Source: a virus
Taxonomy: Duplodnaviria > Caudoviricetes
Length of the DNA: 64,000 bases
IMG/VR virus record: IMGVR_UViG_3300031993_000010
Coordinates: 1 to 64,000 of that record
Strand: one strand, 5' to 3'
Shown here: piece by piece, positions 9,158-17,835 of the stretch
Layout: every line of letters starts with the position of its first letter
How positions within the stretch are numbered: the first letter of the stretch is position 1
Translations under genes and position numbers: made by a program
The notes under the pieces: generated by a model
The model's database searches: none
Seen by the model: only the letters and a program-made list of their open reading frames with translations
Told to the model about the DNA's origin: nothing

Positions 9158-10324
9158 ATGGCAGTCAATCAGCCAATACCGAAAAGGATAATTGAGACAA
9201 AGCCTGAAATGGCAGTCAAGAAATACAACACACTCCTTGTTGACGGTTCAAACCTCTTGGAAGTGTGTTTCGCCAAGGATAAAAAACTGTCTTCAAACGG
9301 TTTGGAAGTCGGGGCGATTTTTCAGTTTTTATTACAGATAAAACTTTTGCTGCAGAAGGGTAATTTCCGTCATGTTTATGCTTTTTTTGATGGAAACTCG
9401 TCAGGTCAGTTGCGGTTTAACCTGAATTGTGAATACAAGTTGAATCGAGACAAGACATTTGAGGAGGAAGGTCTCTCCGACTATATGAAGGAGGTCAATT
9501 CCAGAATAAAGTGGATGGAGAAGAAGATTTATAAGAAGCCCAAGCGCACCGAAGATGAAAAAGAGGCGTTTTTTAGACAGAAAAATGTTATTTTGAAGTG
9601 TTTGGATGAACTTTTTGTTAGGGTTCTCGAGTGTGAATACACGGAGGCTGATGATTTTATCGGCTATTACGTGACACACAAGGCACCTGAGGAAAGAATA
9701 GTCATTATTTCCAATGACAGGGACTTGACGCAGTTGATTTCCGAGGATGTGATTGTCTACATCCAATCGAAACATGAGTTTATCAATACGAAAAACCATA
9801 CCGAGAAGTTGGGGTATAATTACCAGAATGTTCTGTTGAAGAAAATGATTTGTGGTGATACTTCTGACAACATAAAAGGGGTGAAGGGTGTTGGCGAAAA
9901 GACATTGCTGACCAATTTTCCTGAGTTTTGTCAAAGGAAGGTAACATTAGACGAAGTAATCGAGAAAGCCAAGAAAATAAACGATGACAGGGCGGCTGAA
10001 AAGAAAGCGCCGTTGAAATGGGCGGAGAATATTGTTGAGAGCATTACCGATGGATGTCAAGGCAAGAAATTGTATGAAATAAATGAAAAGATAATAGATT
10101 TGAAAAATCCGTTGATGACGGAAGATGCAAAAGAACTGTTGGAGGGGTTTATGCACACCCCTATCGACCCCGAAGGTCGAAGCATGACAAACCTTTACAA
10201 TATTTTAATGGAAGCAGGTGTTGACGATTTAAGAGATGCAAGTGTATTTGGGAATTTTTTCACTGAATTTGGCTATGTCATAGACAATGAAAAAAAGTTT
10301 TATGAAAAAAGCGTAGCGGAATGA
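9158..10324 (+). CDS. 5'-3' exonuclease / flap endonuclease (T4 RNase H / PolI 5'-nuclease family)
   Basis: LLVDGSNL, FFDG, YKLNR, EADDFIG, SNDRDLTQL, GDTSDNIKGVKGVGEKT. Confidence 0.9.
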   Translation: MAVNQPIPKRIIETKPEMAVKKYNTLLVDGSNLLEVCFAKDKKLSSNGLEVGAIFQFLLQIKLLLQKGNFRHVYAFFDGNSSGQLRFNLNCEYKLNRDKTFEEEGLSDYMKEVNSRIKWMEKKIYKKPKRTEDEKEAFFRQKNVILKCLDELFVRVLECEYTEADDFIGYYVTHKAPEERIVIISNDRDLTQLISEDVIVYIQSKHEFINTKNHTEKLGYNYQNVLLKKMICGDTSDNIKGVKGVGEKTLLTNFPEFCQRKVTLDEVIEKAKKINDDRAAEKKAPLKWAENIVESITDGCQGKKLYEINEKIIDLKNPLMTEDAKELLEGFMHTPIDPEGRSMTNLYNILMEAGVDDLRDASVFGNFFTEFGYVIDNEKKFYEKSVAE

Positions 10325-10334
10325 ATAACCGATG

Positions 10335-10351
10335 AAAAAATAGTATATTTA
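10335..10351 (+). promoter_or_regulatory. putative promoter AAAAAATAGTATATTTA
   Basis: Recurrent motif upstream of 10397. Confidence 0.55.
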
Positions 10352-10396
10352 TTTTGTCAATTCACATTTTGGTTTAACCATTAAAAATAAAAACAA

Positions 10397-11368
10397 ATGG
10401 ATAACAATGATATTAAAAAAGAAGTAAAAATCGATAACAGCGCCTACATGGACCGCTTCAGGTTTTTACTCACCGCAAATGATGATATTATTTGCGAAAG
10501 GTATTTCAAAATCAATTATTTCAACTATGCGGCTTTCGTTTCGAGTGAAATGAAGAACACTATTGAGGACATCGTCGCCCTTATCAAGAGAGACCTTGTT
10601 TCCAAGAGCCGTATCTATGAATGGTACACATGCGAGACACCTGTGAAAATTACAGGGTTTCTCCCCAACGGAATGGGTCTGCAGAACCCGAACAGCGAGT
10701 ACATTACCTATCCTCCTGTTGAACGCAATCCCGAAGCGGTCGACAATACCGACGAGGTACATCCGTATGACGTGACCTTCAAGTTTGAACTACAGATGGC
10801 GCAAACTGTCAGTACCGACAGCGAAGGTAAGCCCACTTTTTCGAACTACAAAAAGATATATGAGGCTATATGGGACGGCACCGTTTATCCGAAAGACATA
10901 CGTCACAGAGTTGACCTTACAAACTCAATGGCACCCTACAAGAACAGGGACTTGAACTTTATGAATTTTGTACAAACCCTCAATTACCACATGGTAATTG
11001 GCAGACAAGACCTTGTGTACGAAATCATCAAGATGATATGTGAGACGTCAAGCGGTGAGGGTAAGCGGTATACCACATATTCGCTTTATGGCACAAGCAC
11101 TGTGTCACAGGAACAGCCTGTATCATTGAAGAAGGTGGAGAACCGTATTTTCCACACTTATGAGCGTGATTCCAATGAGGCGATTGCGTGTGATGTCTAT
11201 TCTGACAAGGATGGCATCTTGTGGGCTAAACTTCCGACAGGTGCATATCGCAAGGTTGTAGAGTACAGTTATGACCCATACGGACAATATGTCAAGTCTT
11301 GGGAAAAGGCTGTCAGGGAAAAGACCGATGCATACAGAGCAAGCGTTGGTTTTTACGGAAGAAGATAA
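10397..11368 (+). CDS. hypothetical protein
   Basis: 323-aa ORF in the replication block. Confidence 0.7.
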   Translation: MDNNDIKKEVKIDNSAYMDRFRFLLTANDDIICERYFKINYFNYAAFVSSEMKNTIEDIVALIKRDLVSKSRIYEWYTCETPVKITGFLPNGMGLQNPNSEYITYPPVERNPEAVDNTDEVHPYDVTFKFELQMAQTVSTDSEGKPTFSNYKKIYEAIWDGTVYPKDIRHRVDLTNSMAPYKNRDLNFMNFVQTLNYHMVIGRQDLVYEIIKMICETSSGEGKRYTTYSLYGTSTVSQEQPVSLKKVENRIFHTYERDSNEAIACDVYSDKDGILWAKLPTGAYRKVVEYSYDPYGQYVKSWEKAVREKTDAYRASVGFYGRR

Positions 11369-11387
11369 CGATTATTTTAACATCATG

Positions 11388-11418
11388 GTACCGCCCCCTC
11401 AAAAGGGCGGTACTTATT
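11388..11418 (+). terminator. stem-loop / terminator
   Basis: gtaccgccc...gggcggtac-ttatt. Confidence 0.6.
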
Positions 11419-11429
11419 AACGTGAGATT

Positions 11430-12881
11430 ATGGCTTCAAAAACAAAAAACAGAGTTACAAACTTAAGTCTGTTCAGTTACGACTACCAATGCTGCATCCT
11501 AAAACTCTTTATGGAGAACTCCGAGTTTGCAATGTCCACCATCGAGGTAATGGACCAAAACCATTTTACGGGCAGTGCTGAGTTGAGAAAGATAGCAGGC
11601 ATACTGAAAGACAAAATACTTAAGCTAAACAGGACTATTTCATACGAGGAACTTGAACTCTATATTAAATCGACGATAGACGATGCCATTACAGTTGAGA
11701 ACTGTTTGGAGGTTATGAGACTTAAAATGATGCAGTGCCGTTTCGGACAAGCCGAATTGGATGCCGTCAAAGACGAATATCACAACTTTCTCGTTGCAAT
11801 GGAAACAATAAAACTCAACAATGAGATTAGTGAGTTGAACAAGGATGGTGCATCAAAGGATGATGTTCTAAACCTTTTTAATGAATACGACAGAAAGACC
11901 ACGTTTGCGGAAGTTGTTGGTACACCTGTGGACACTTCTCTTGATTATCTTTTAAGCCTTGCCGACGACGACAATTGTGTTGTTATCCCCACGGGTTGTA
12001 AACCTCTTGATGAGAGGTTGGGTGGCGGCATGAGAAAGGGTGACTTTGGCATTCTTGTTGCGGGTACAGGTATCGGTAAAACTTGTGTAACAAGCGGGTT
12101 TGCTGCATATGCGGCATGGAAGGGTTATAAGGTTGCCCACATAATACTCGAAGACAAGCCTCAAGATATTGACTCGAAATATGCAGGTTACATATTGAAT
12201 CTGCCCGTCAGTTCATTCAGAGGTAAGACTGCTACCCCAGAAGGAAAGAAAAATTATAAAGAAAAAATGACAAGTATTCATACAGAGTACACATCTAAGA
12301 TAGGTAAGAATCTTATGACAATACGTGCCATTGACCAAAATAAGAAAATACACAGACTTTCCGTCAGGGATATAGATGTCAGGCTGACAAAACTTGAAAA
12401 CGAGGGGTTTAAGCCCGACCTTGTAATAATAGACTATTTTGACCGTATAAGATGTTCGGTTTCCAATGTCGAAATTTGGCGCAAAGACCAAATCATTTCA
12501 GATGAATTGAATGAACTTGCGGTGAATCATGACGTTGCTATGTGGGTGCCGAGTCAGGGTAACAAATCCACACAAGACCGTTCAACAAAAATCAACATTT
12601 CAAACATGTCGGGCGGTTCATGGAAGGGTTTCACCTCACAGATAGTGGTCGCCATGCAGAAGAACGTTGAAGACCTATCAACTAAGGTAGCAACAGTACA
12701 ATTACTGAAGAACCGCTACAACAACGACTTCACACCTATCGCTATCGAGTTCGACAACGGCACATGCCGCTTCGGTCAGGTGATAAATGACGACGAACCG
12801 ATTTACGGGGACAGCGATGAAGCAAACAAGATAGCGGACAAGGTTTATGATGAAAACTATAAGTCTAAGAAAAAGAAATAG
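11430..12881 (+). CDS. dnaB: replicative DNA helicase (DnaB/gp41-like)
   Basis: IPTG...LD..LGGG, Walker A AGTGIGKT, DLVIIDYFD, PSQGN, LLKNRY. Confidence 0.88.
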   Translation: MASKTKNRVTNLSLFSYDYQCCILKLFMENSEFAMSTIEVMDQNHFTGSAELRKIAGILKDKILKLNRTISYEELELYIKSTIDDAITVENCLEVMRLKMMQCRFGQAELDAVKDEYHNFLVAMETIKLNNEISELNKDGASKDDVLNLFNEYDRKTTFAEVVGTPVDTSLDYLLSLADDDNCVVIPTGCKPLDERLGGGMRKGDFGILVAGTGIGKTCVTSGFAAYAAWKGYKVAHIILEDKPQDIDSKYAGYILNLPVSSFRGKTATPEGKKNYKEKMTSIHTEYTSKIGKNLMTIRAIDQNKKIHRLSVRDIDVRLTKLENEGFKPDLVIIDYFDRIRCSVSNVEIWRKDQIISDELNELAVNHDVAMWVPSQGNKSTQDRSTKINISNMSGGSWKGFTSQIVVAMQKNVEDLSTKVATVQLLKNRYNNDFTPIAIEFDNGTCRFGQVINDDEPIYGDSDEANKIADKVYDENYKSKKKK

Positions 12882-13010
12882 TTAATAGTAATTTTTTGTA
12901 AATCAAATATTTACAAAATTATTGTTCATAACTTTCTGATAACTGAAACAAATAAAAAATTGTCAATATGTATTGGTATTAATCAGTACAATAATCTTAA
13001 AAAATTTGTT

Positions 13011-15416
13011 ATGGATAAGAAAATAGAATTAAATGAATGGCTTGATGGCAAACAACTTGGCATTGACATTGTGAACAAGAAGTACTTGCAGGAAGGAGAA
13101 ACCTTCGAAGAGTGGATTAACCGTGTAAGTGGCGGTGATGATGAGGTAAAGCAACTCATCATTGAGAAAAAGTTTTTACCGGGAGGTAGAATATTAGCCA
13201 ACAGAGGGCTTTCCAAAAACGGTATTAAATCATCCCTTTCTAACTGTTACGTCCTTTCGGTTGACGACAGCATTGAAAGTATATATGAGTGCTGCGCTAA
13301 AATGGCACGTACCTACTCGTTTGGTGGTGGTGTCGGTGTGGACATAAGCAAGTTGAGACCGAGAGGTGCTAAGGTTAAAAACACTGCAAAGGAGACAACA
13401 GGTGCAGTGAGTTTTATGAAGACGTTTGATACAGTAACAGGCACCATTGGCCAGTGTGGGAGGCGTGGTGCACTGATGATTTCGATATCAGTCAATCATC
13501 CTGATATATATGAATTTGTTGATATTAAGGCAAATACAGATGAAATCACTAATGCCAACATATCAGTCAGGGTAAATGATGAGTTTATGAAAGCAGTTGA
13601 TGAGGATAGGGATTATCTTCTTCATTGGCCGTGTGAAATGGACATCAGTAAAGATGAATTAGACGCTGTAAGTGAATACAATACGCTTGTAAAGGTTGAT
13701 ACTGTTTCAGGTCCTGTATACCTGAAAAAAATAAAGGCAAAAGACCTTTTCAACAAACTTGTTGTAAACAATTGGGACTATGCGGAACCTGGAATCCTGT
13801 ATTGGGACAGAATAAAGAGTTATCATTTAATGAGTGCAAATCCTGAGTTTCAGTATGCGGGCACAAATCCTTGTGCCGAAGAACCTCTTCCTGACGGTGG
13901 TGCATGCTTACTCGGTTCAATGAATTTGTATCAATATATTACAGAAGATAATCATTTTGATTATGACACATTTTTCAATGACTGCAAGATTGCGACAAAG
14001 GCATTGAACGACATTCAGATAGAGGGTACTCCGTTACACCCGTTGGATATACAGACTGAGACCGCTATCAAATATAGACAGATTGGTCTTGGTATATTCG
14101 ACTTGGCAGGTGTACTTATCAGACTTGGTGTGCGGTATGGTTCCAAAGAGGCACAGGAAATAGCGGATAAGATTACACACACAATGTTGATAGCTGCATT
14201 TGAGAAATCTTGTGACTTGAACGAGGAACTTGGTGTTAATGCCACATATGACCATATGTTCGACAGTACTTTCTACAAGGAAAGAATCGAACCGTTTATT
14301 CCTGAACAATACAAAGGGAAATATCCTTTGAACAGTCAATTGTTGACAATTGCCCCGACTGGTACTATTTCAACGATGATTAACGCCACATCAGGTGGTG
14401 GCGAACCCATGTTTGCTGTTTCTTATACAAGAAACACTAAATCAATTGGTGAAACAGCCTATAAGGTTTATCCTAAGGCGGTTTTGGATTACTACAACGG
14501 TGATGAAAGTAAAATCGACGAGTCTAATCTTCCCGAATCATTTATTACCGCAGGACAGTTAAACCCAATGGAACGTGTTGAAATGCAGGCAGCCCTGCAG
14601 AGAAATATTGATGCTTCCATTAGTTCAACTGTTAATCTGAACGAAAAGACAACGGTTGAGGATGTGTACAACATTTACATGGAGGCTTGGAAACATGGTT
14701 TGAAGGGTATTACCATTTTCAGGGACAACTGTAAGCGTGTTGCAATTCTGACAACATCGGCTCCGACTGAAAATAACGTTTTGTTCAATACAGTAGATGC
14801 CCCGAAGCGTCCAAAGGTTTTACCTGCTGATTTCTATCAGGTTAGAGTTAATGGCGAGAATTTCAGAATTTTTGTTGGGTTGTATGACGACAAACCTTAC
14901 GAACTTTTTGCTATGCCTTGTGCAAACTGTGAGAAGATACCCAACCATAAGGGTAAGATAACACGTCTTAAAAAACGTATATACAAGTTCGAGTCGGATT
15001 ATATCACCATTGACAACATTGCGGTAGAACTCGACAAGGATTACGATATTTTCGGCGAGATTGACAAGATTTCGGATATTGTGAATGAGGGTAAGACCCT
15101 TAAGAAGAGTGATACTGAGATAGTCAAGGATGCTGTGTACAATATAAAGGAATGGAGTGAAAAAAGAGAGTACAGAAATGTTGCACTCCATATCAGTGGT
15201 AACCTTAGGACGGGAATGCGCCTTGAAGACATTATCAAACTTGAAGACAAATGCAATGACAATATTGTTTCCTTCAATAAGGCAGTCTCGAGAGTTCTTT
15301 CCAAATACCTGAAAGAAGAGTTCAACGGTGAGAAATGCCCTGAATGTGGTGGAGACCTTGTTGTTGCAGAAGGATGCGTTCACTGTAATAGTTGTGGATG
15401 GAGCCGCTGTTCATAA
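13011..15416 (+). CDS. nrdJ: adenosylcobalamin-dependent (class II) ribonucleotide reductase with C-terminal zinc ribbon
   Basis: FLPGGRIL, SNCYV, GGGVG, RRGALM, AEPG, TNPCAE, ACLLGS, TIAPTGTIS, DASISST, KGITIFR; C-terminal CPECG..EGC..C..CGWSRC; no nrdB nearby. Confidence 0.9.
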   Translation: MDKKIELNEWLDGKQLGIDIVNKKYLQEGETFEEWINRVSGGDDEVKQLIIEKKFLPGGRILANRGLSKNGIKSSLSNCYVLSVDDSIESIYECCAKMARTYSFGGGVGVDISKLRPRGAKVKNTAKETTGAVSFMKTFDTVTGTIGQCGRRGALMISISVNHPDIYEFVDIKANTDEITNANISVRVNDEFMKAVDEDRDYLLHWPCEMDISKDELDAVSEYNTLVKVDTVSGPVYLKKIKAKDLFNKLVVNNWDYAEPGILYWDRIKSYHLMSANPEFQYAGTNPCAEEPLPDGGACLLGSMNLYQYITEDNHFDYDTFFNDCKIATKALNDIQIEGTPLHPLDIQTETAIKYRQIGLGIFDLAGVLIRLGVRYGSKEAQEIADKITHTMLIAAFEKSCDLNEELGVNATYDHMFDSTFYKERIEPFIPEQYKGKYPLNSQLLTIAPTGTISTMINATSGGGEPMFAVSYTRNTKSIGETAYKVYPKAVLDYYNGDESKIDESNLPESFITAGQLNPMERVEMQAALQRNIDASISSTVNLNEKTTVEDVYNIYMEAWKHGLKGITIFRDNCKRVAILTTSAPTENNVLFNTVDAPKRPKVLPADFYQVRVNGENFRIFVGLYDDKPYELFAMPCANCEKIPNHKGKITRLKKRIYKFESDYITIDNIAVELDKDYDIFGEIDKISDIVNEGKTLKKSDTEIVKDAVYNIKEWSEKREYRNVALHISGNLRTGMRLEDIIKLEDKCNDNIVSFNKAVSRVLSKYLKEEFNGEKCPECGGDLVVAEGCVHCNSCGWSRCS

Positions 15417-15439
15417 CAAATAATATCAATGATAATCTA

Positions 15440-15468
15440 TATGGGACCTTATTTAAGGCCCCATTTTT
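15440..15468 (+). terminator. terminator after nrdJ
   Basis: atgggacctt-attt-aaggccccat-tttt. Confidence 0.6.
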
Positions 15469-15549
15469 AATAAAGAATAAATTAGCGGGAAAATGAGAGT
15501 ACTATTTTTATATTTTGTGATATTTATGAGTATGTAAAATAAGAAAAGC

Positions 15550-16605
15550 ATGGAAATAAATAGTAATGATTTACAACGACTGTATGTTGAAGAGAGGTTG
15601 ACAATAAAAGAAATTGCTGCTATGTATGATGTATCATACAGTAAGATGCGTAGGACTTTATTGAAAAATGGTATAAACTTACGAGGCAAAGGTGAGATGG
15701 ATGGAAGAGTATACAAACATGTTGCACATAATAAAATTGTTTTGAGTGAAGAACAGGTTGACAAGTGCAAGGTGTTATATGAAAATAACGTTCCTGTTAA
15801 TGACATAAGTGTTGAATTAAACATATCAAAGAAAGTAATTATTCGTTATGCCAAGGAATGTGGGTGGAAAAGAACCAAATCGATGATGAGCCGCGAACAG
15901 TATGATGACACAAATGACAAGATAATAATTTCAATATACAACGACGGAAAATCAACAACTGATATTGCCAAAGTTTTGAATGTTACACATAGAACAGTAA
16001 TTAATCACCTGAGGCATAATGGTATTGATAGAAGGAGTATATCAGAGGCACAGTTTTCCTATAACAACAAGGAAATACCTGAAGTTTTGCAAGATTATGA
16101 AAAACTGTACAATCTATATGTTGAAGAACGATTATCGAAAAAGGAAATTTCGGAAAAACTTGGTGTATCACCAAATGTTATCAACCGCAAACTGAAAGAA
16201 TATGGTATAAAGATTCGTGGTTGCAATGAAGCGTTCAAAGGAAGGCATGCCGGTTCTAAACATCCGAATTGGAAAGGAGGAGTAACTAGTTTATATGTGC
16301 GCATAAGAGAGATTATTTTCAAACCACAGGTGAGAAGTGTGTTAAAGCGTGATGGTTACAAATGTCAACTTTGCGGAAGTACCAAAAATCTCCAAGTGCA
16401 TCATATCCGTCATTTTTCCGAGATTTTCTATGAAATTCTGTCAGAACATCCTGAGTTGAATATAAACAGGGACAAGGAGGAACTTGTTGGTATCATTTCC
16501 AATGACCAACGCATGTTGGATGAGGATAACCTTATCACTTATTGTCGAGACTGTCATTTGTTTGAGGTACACGGATATCAGAGAACAGACCGTAGTGGAT
16601 GGTAG
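15550..16605 (+). CDS. free-standing HNH (homing) endonuclease with tandem HTH repeats
   Basis: About 4 repeats of LY.E..LS..EIA..L.VS...I...L...GI..R; HPNWKGG; VLKRDGYKCQLCG...LQVHH...NLITYCRDCH...H. Confidence 0.85.
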   Translation: MEINSNDLQRLYVEERLTIKEIAAMYDVSYSKMRRTLLKNGINLRGKGEMDGRVYKHVAHNKIVLSEEQVDKCKVLYENNVPVNDISVELNISKKVIIRYAKECGWKRTKSMMSREQYDDTNDKIIISIYNDGKSTTDIAKVLNVTHRTVINHLRHNGIDRRSISEAQFSYNNKEIPEVLQDYEKLYNLYVEERLSKKEISEKLGVSPNVINRKLKEYGIKIRGCNEAFKGRHAGSKHPNWKGGVTSLYVRIREIIFKPQVRSVLKRDGYKCQLCGSTKNLQVHHIRHFSEIFYEILSEHPELNINRDKEELVGIISNDQRMLDEDNLITYCRDCHLFEVHGYQRTDRSGW

Positions 16606-16634
16606 AAAAATAAAATTTAACAACAAAGAAAGAC

Positions 16635-17375
16635 GTGAAACTTCCGCTTTTTATAAATCATGATTTAGGAAACCCACTCTATTGTGACATCCTTAACGAG
16701 GATTTGAACGAGGGGTTAATAAAAACATATCCTCCTGAGGTTGTACTCAGGCATCTCAAAGATTTGTTTAACTTCACCGATGAACAGATAATGTTAGTTG
16801 ATTCAGCAACCAAGAGAGGCGGGGATGCGAGTAAAAGAATAGTCGTAAAAGTTGAAAAAAAGACGAGGAAAAAATAGAGAGTGTTAAACATGCTGCCAAT
16901 TTGTGTGGCTATATATTGAATTTGGAGTGGAATACAGACGAAGGTGTCAATATGGTATTTATTCCAAAGTATTCAGGCGATGTGACTGATATTGTGAAAA
17001 AAAATTGGTTCTTTAATACATATAACACCGATATACAACAAGGAGAATATTCTTAAAAATGGATTGTCTCCCAAAATAAAGAATACAATGTTCATGCACG
17101 ACGGCAGGGTATATTTTTTTCCGAACGATAGTCGTCTGAACAGTGAAATATACTTCCAAATGCAGGATTTTGAGAAACATTTGAAGAATAAGTCCAATAA
17201 TGGATGGTGGACGGCTTTTATAATTTCAGTAGATAGATTGAAAGATATAACTTTCTTTTACGACACATCTTATCGAAATGGCATTTATACTTATGATAAC
17301 ATACCACCGTCTGCAATTACAGGGCACGGTGATGTGGATTTGAATAAAGATATACTTGGAGTTAAAGAATATTGA
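16635..17375 (+). pseudogene. ADP-ribosyltransferase/Tpt1-fold-like gene interrupted by two compensating homopolymer frameshifts
   Basis: Segments 16635-16861 and 16998-17375 share a frame; 16862-16996 is open in the shifted frame; junctions are A7 (16855-16861) and A8 (16997-17004). The restored protein has HIT...NILKNGLSP..RVYF...YTYDNIPPSAI. Confidence 0.7.
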
Positions 17376-17418
17376 AAATATAGTACTATAGATATTTGCT
17401 TTAGGTTTTCCATTAAAC

Positions 17419-17427
17419 TATATTTAT
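17419..17427 (+). promoter_or_regulatory. putative late-type promoter TATATTTAT heading the baseplate operon
   Basis: Recurrent motif ~20 nt upstream of 17446. Confidence 0.55.
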
Positions 17428-17445
17428 TGTATATACAATGGAAAA

Positions 17446-17832
17446 ATGGCAAAAATACAAAAATATGGCATAAAGTTTCCGATTACGATAAAGGGTGACG
17501 ACAAATCTCTCCTTGATGTCAGTTATTCGGAGGCTGAAAGCATTAATTCAGAATTGATACATGTTCTTTTTACCCCCAAAGGGCAACGTCTCAGAAACCC
17601 GAATTTCGGCACAAATCTGATTCAATTCATTTTCAACCCCAATGATTCACAGAACTATGCTGACATAGTTTCAGAATGTAAGGAAGCAATAAAGACTTTT
17701 ATACCGTCCTGCAAATTGAATAATATAGAAATATATGAGTCTGAGGATGGTCTCGGACTTTACGCTAACATATACTATTCAGTTTGGGAAAACGGGGTGA
17801 CTTCATCATATAATACAGTTATCAAATTATAA
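17446..17832 (+). CDS. baseplate wedge subunit, gp25/GPW-like
   Basis: GIKFP, LFTPKGQRLRNPNFGTNL..FIF.P. Confidence 0.88.
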   Translation: MAKIQKYGIKFPITIKGDDKSLLDVSYSEAESINSELIHVLFTPKGQRLRNPNFGTNLIQFIFNPNDSQNYADIVSECKEAIKTFIPSCKLNNIEIYESEDGLGLYANIYYSVWENGVTSSYNTVIKL

Positions 17833-17835
17833 GAC

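Noticed and set aside
13011-15416. Intein or intron in nrdJ, helicase or recA
   Set aside because: Lengths are ordinary, motifs are contiguous, and no C...HN splice junction or LAGLIDADG block was seen.
16875-16920. Amber readthrough as the explanation for the broken ART-like gene
   Set aside because: A TGA follows in the same frame within 14 codons, and the plausible sequence is in the shifted frame.
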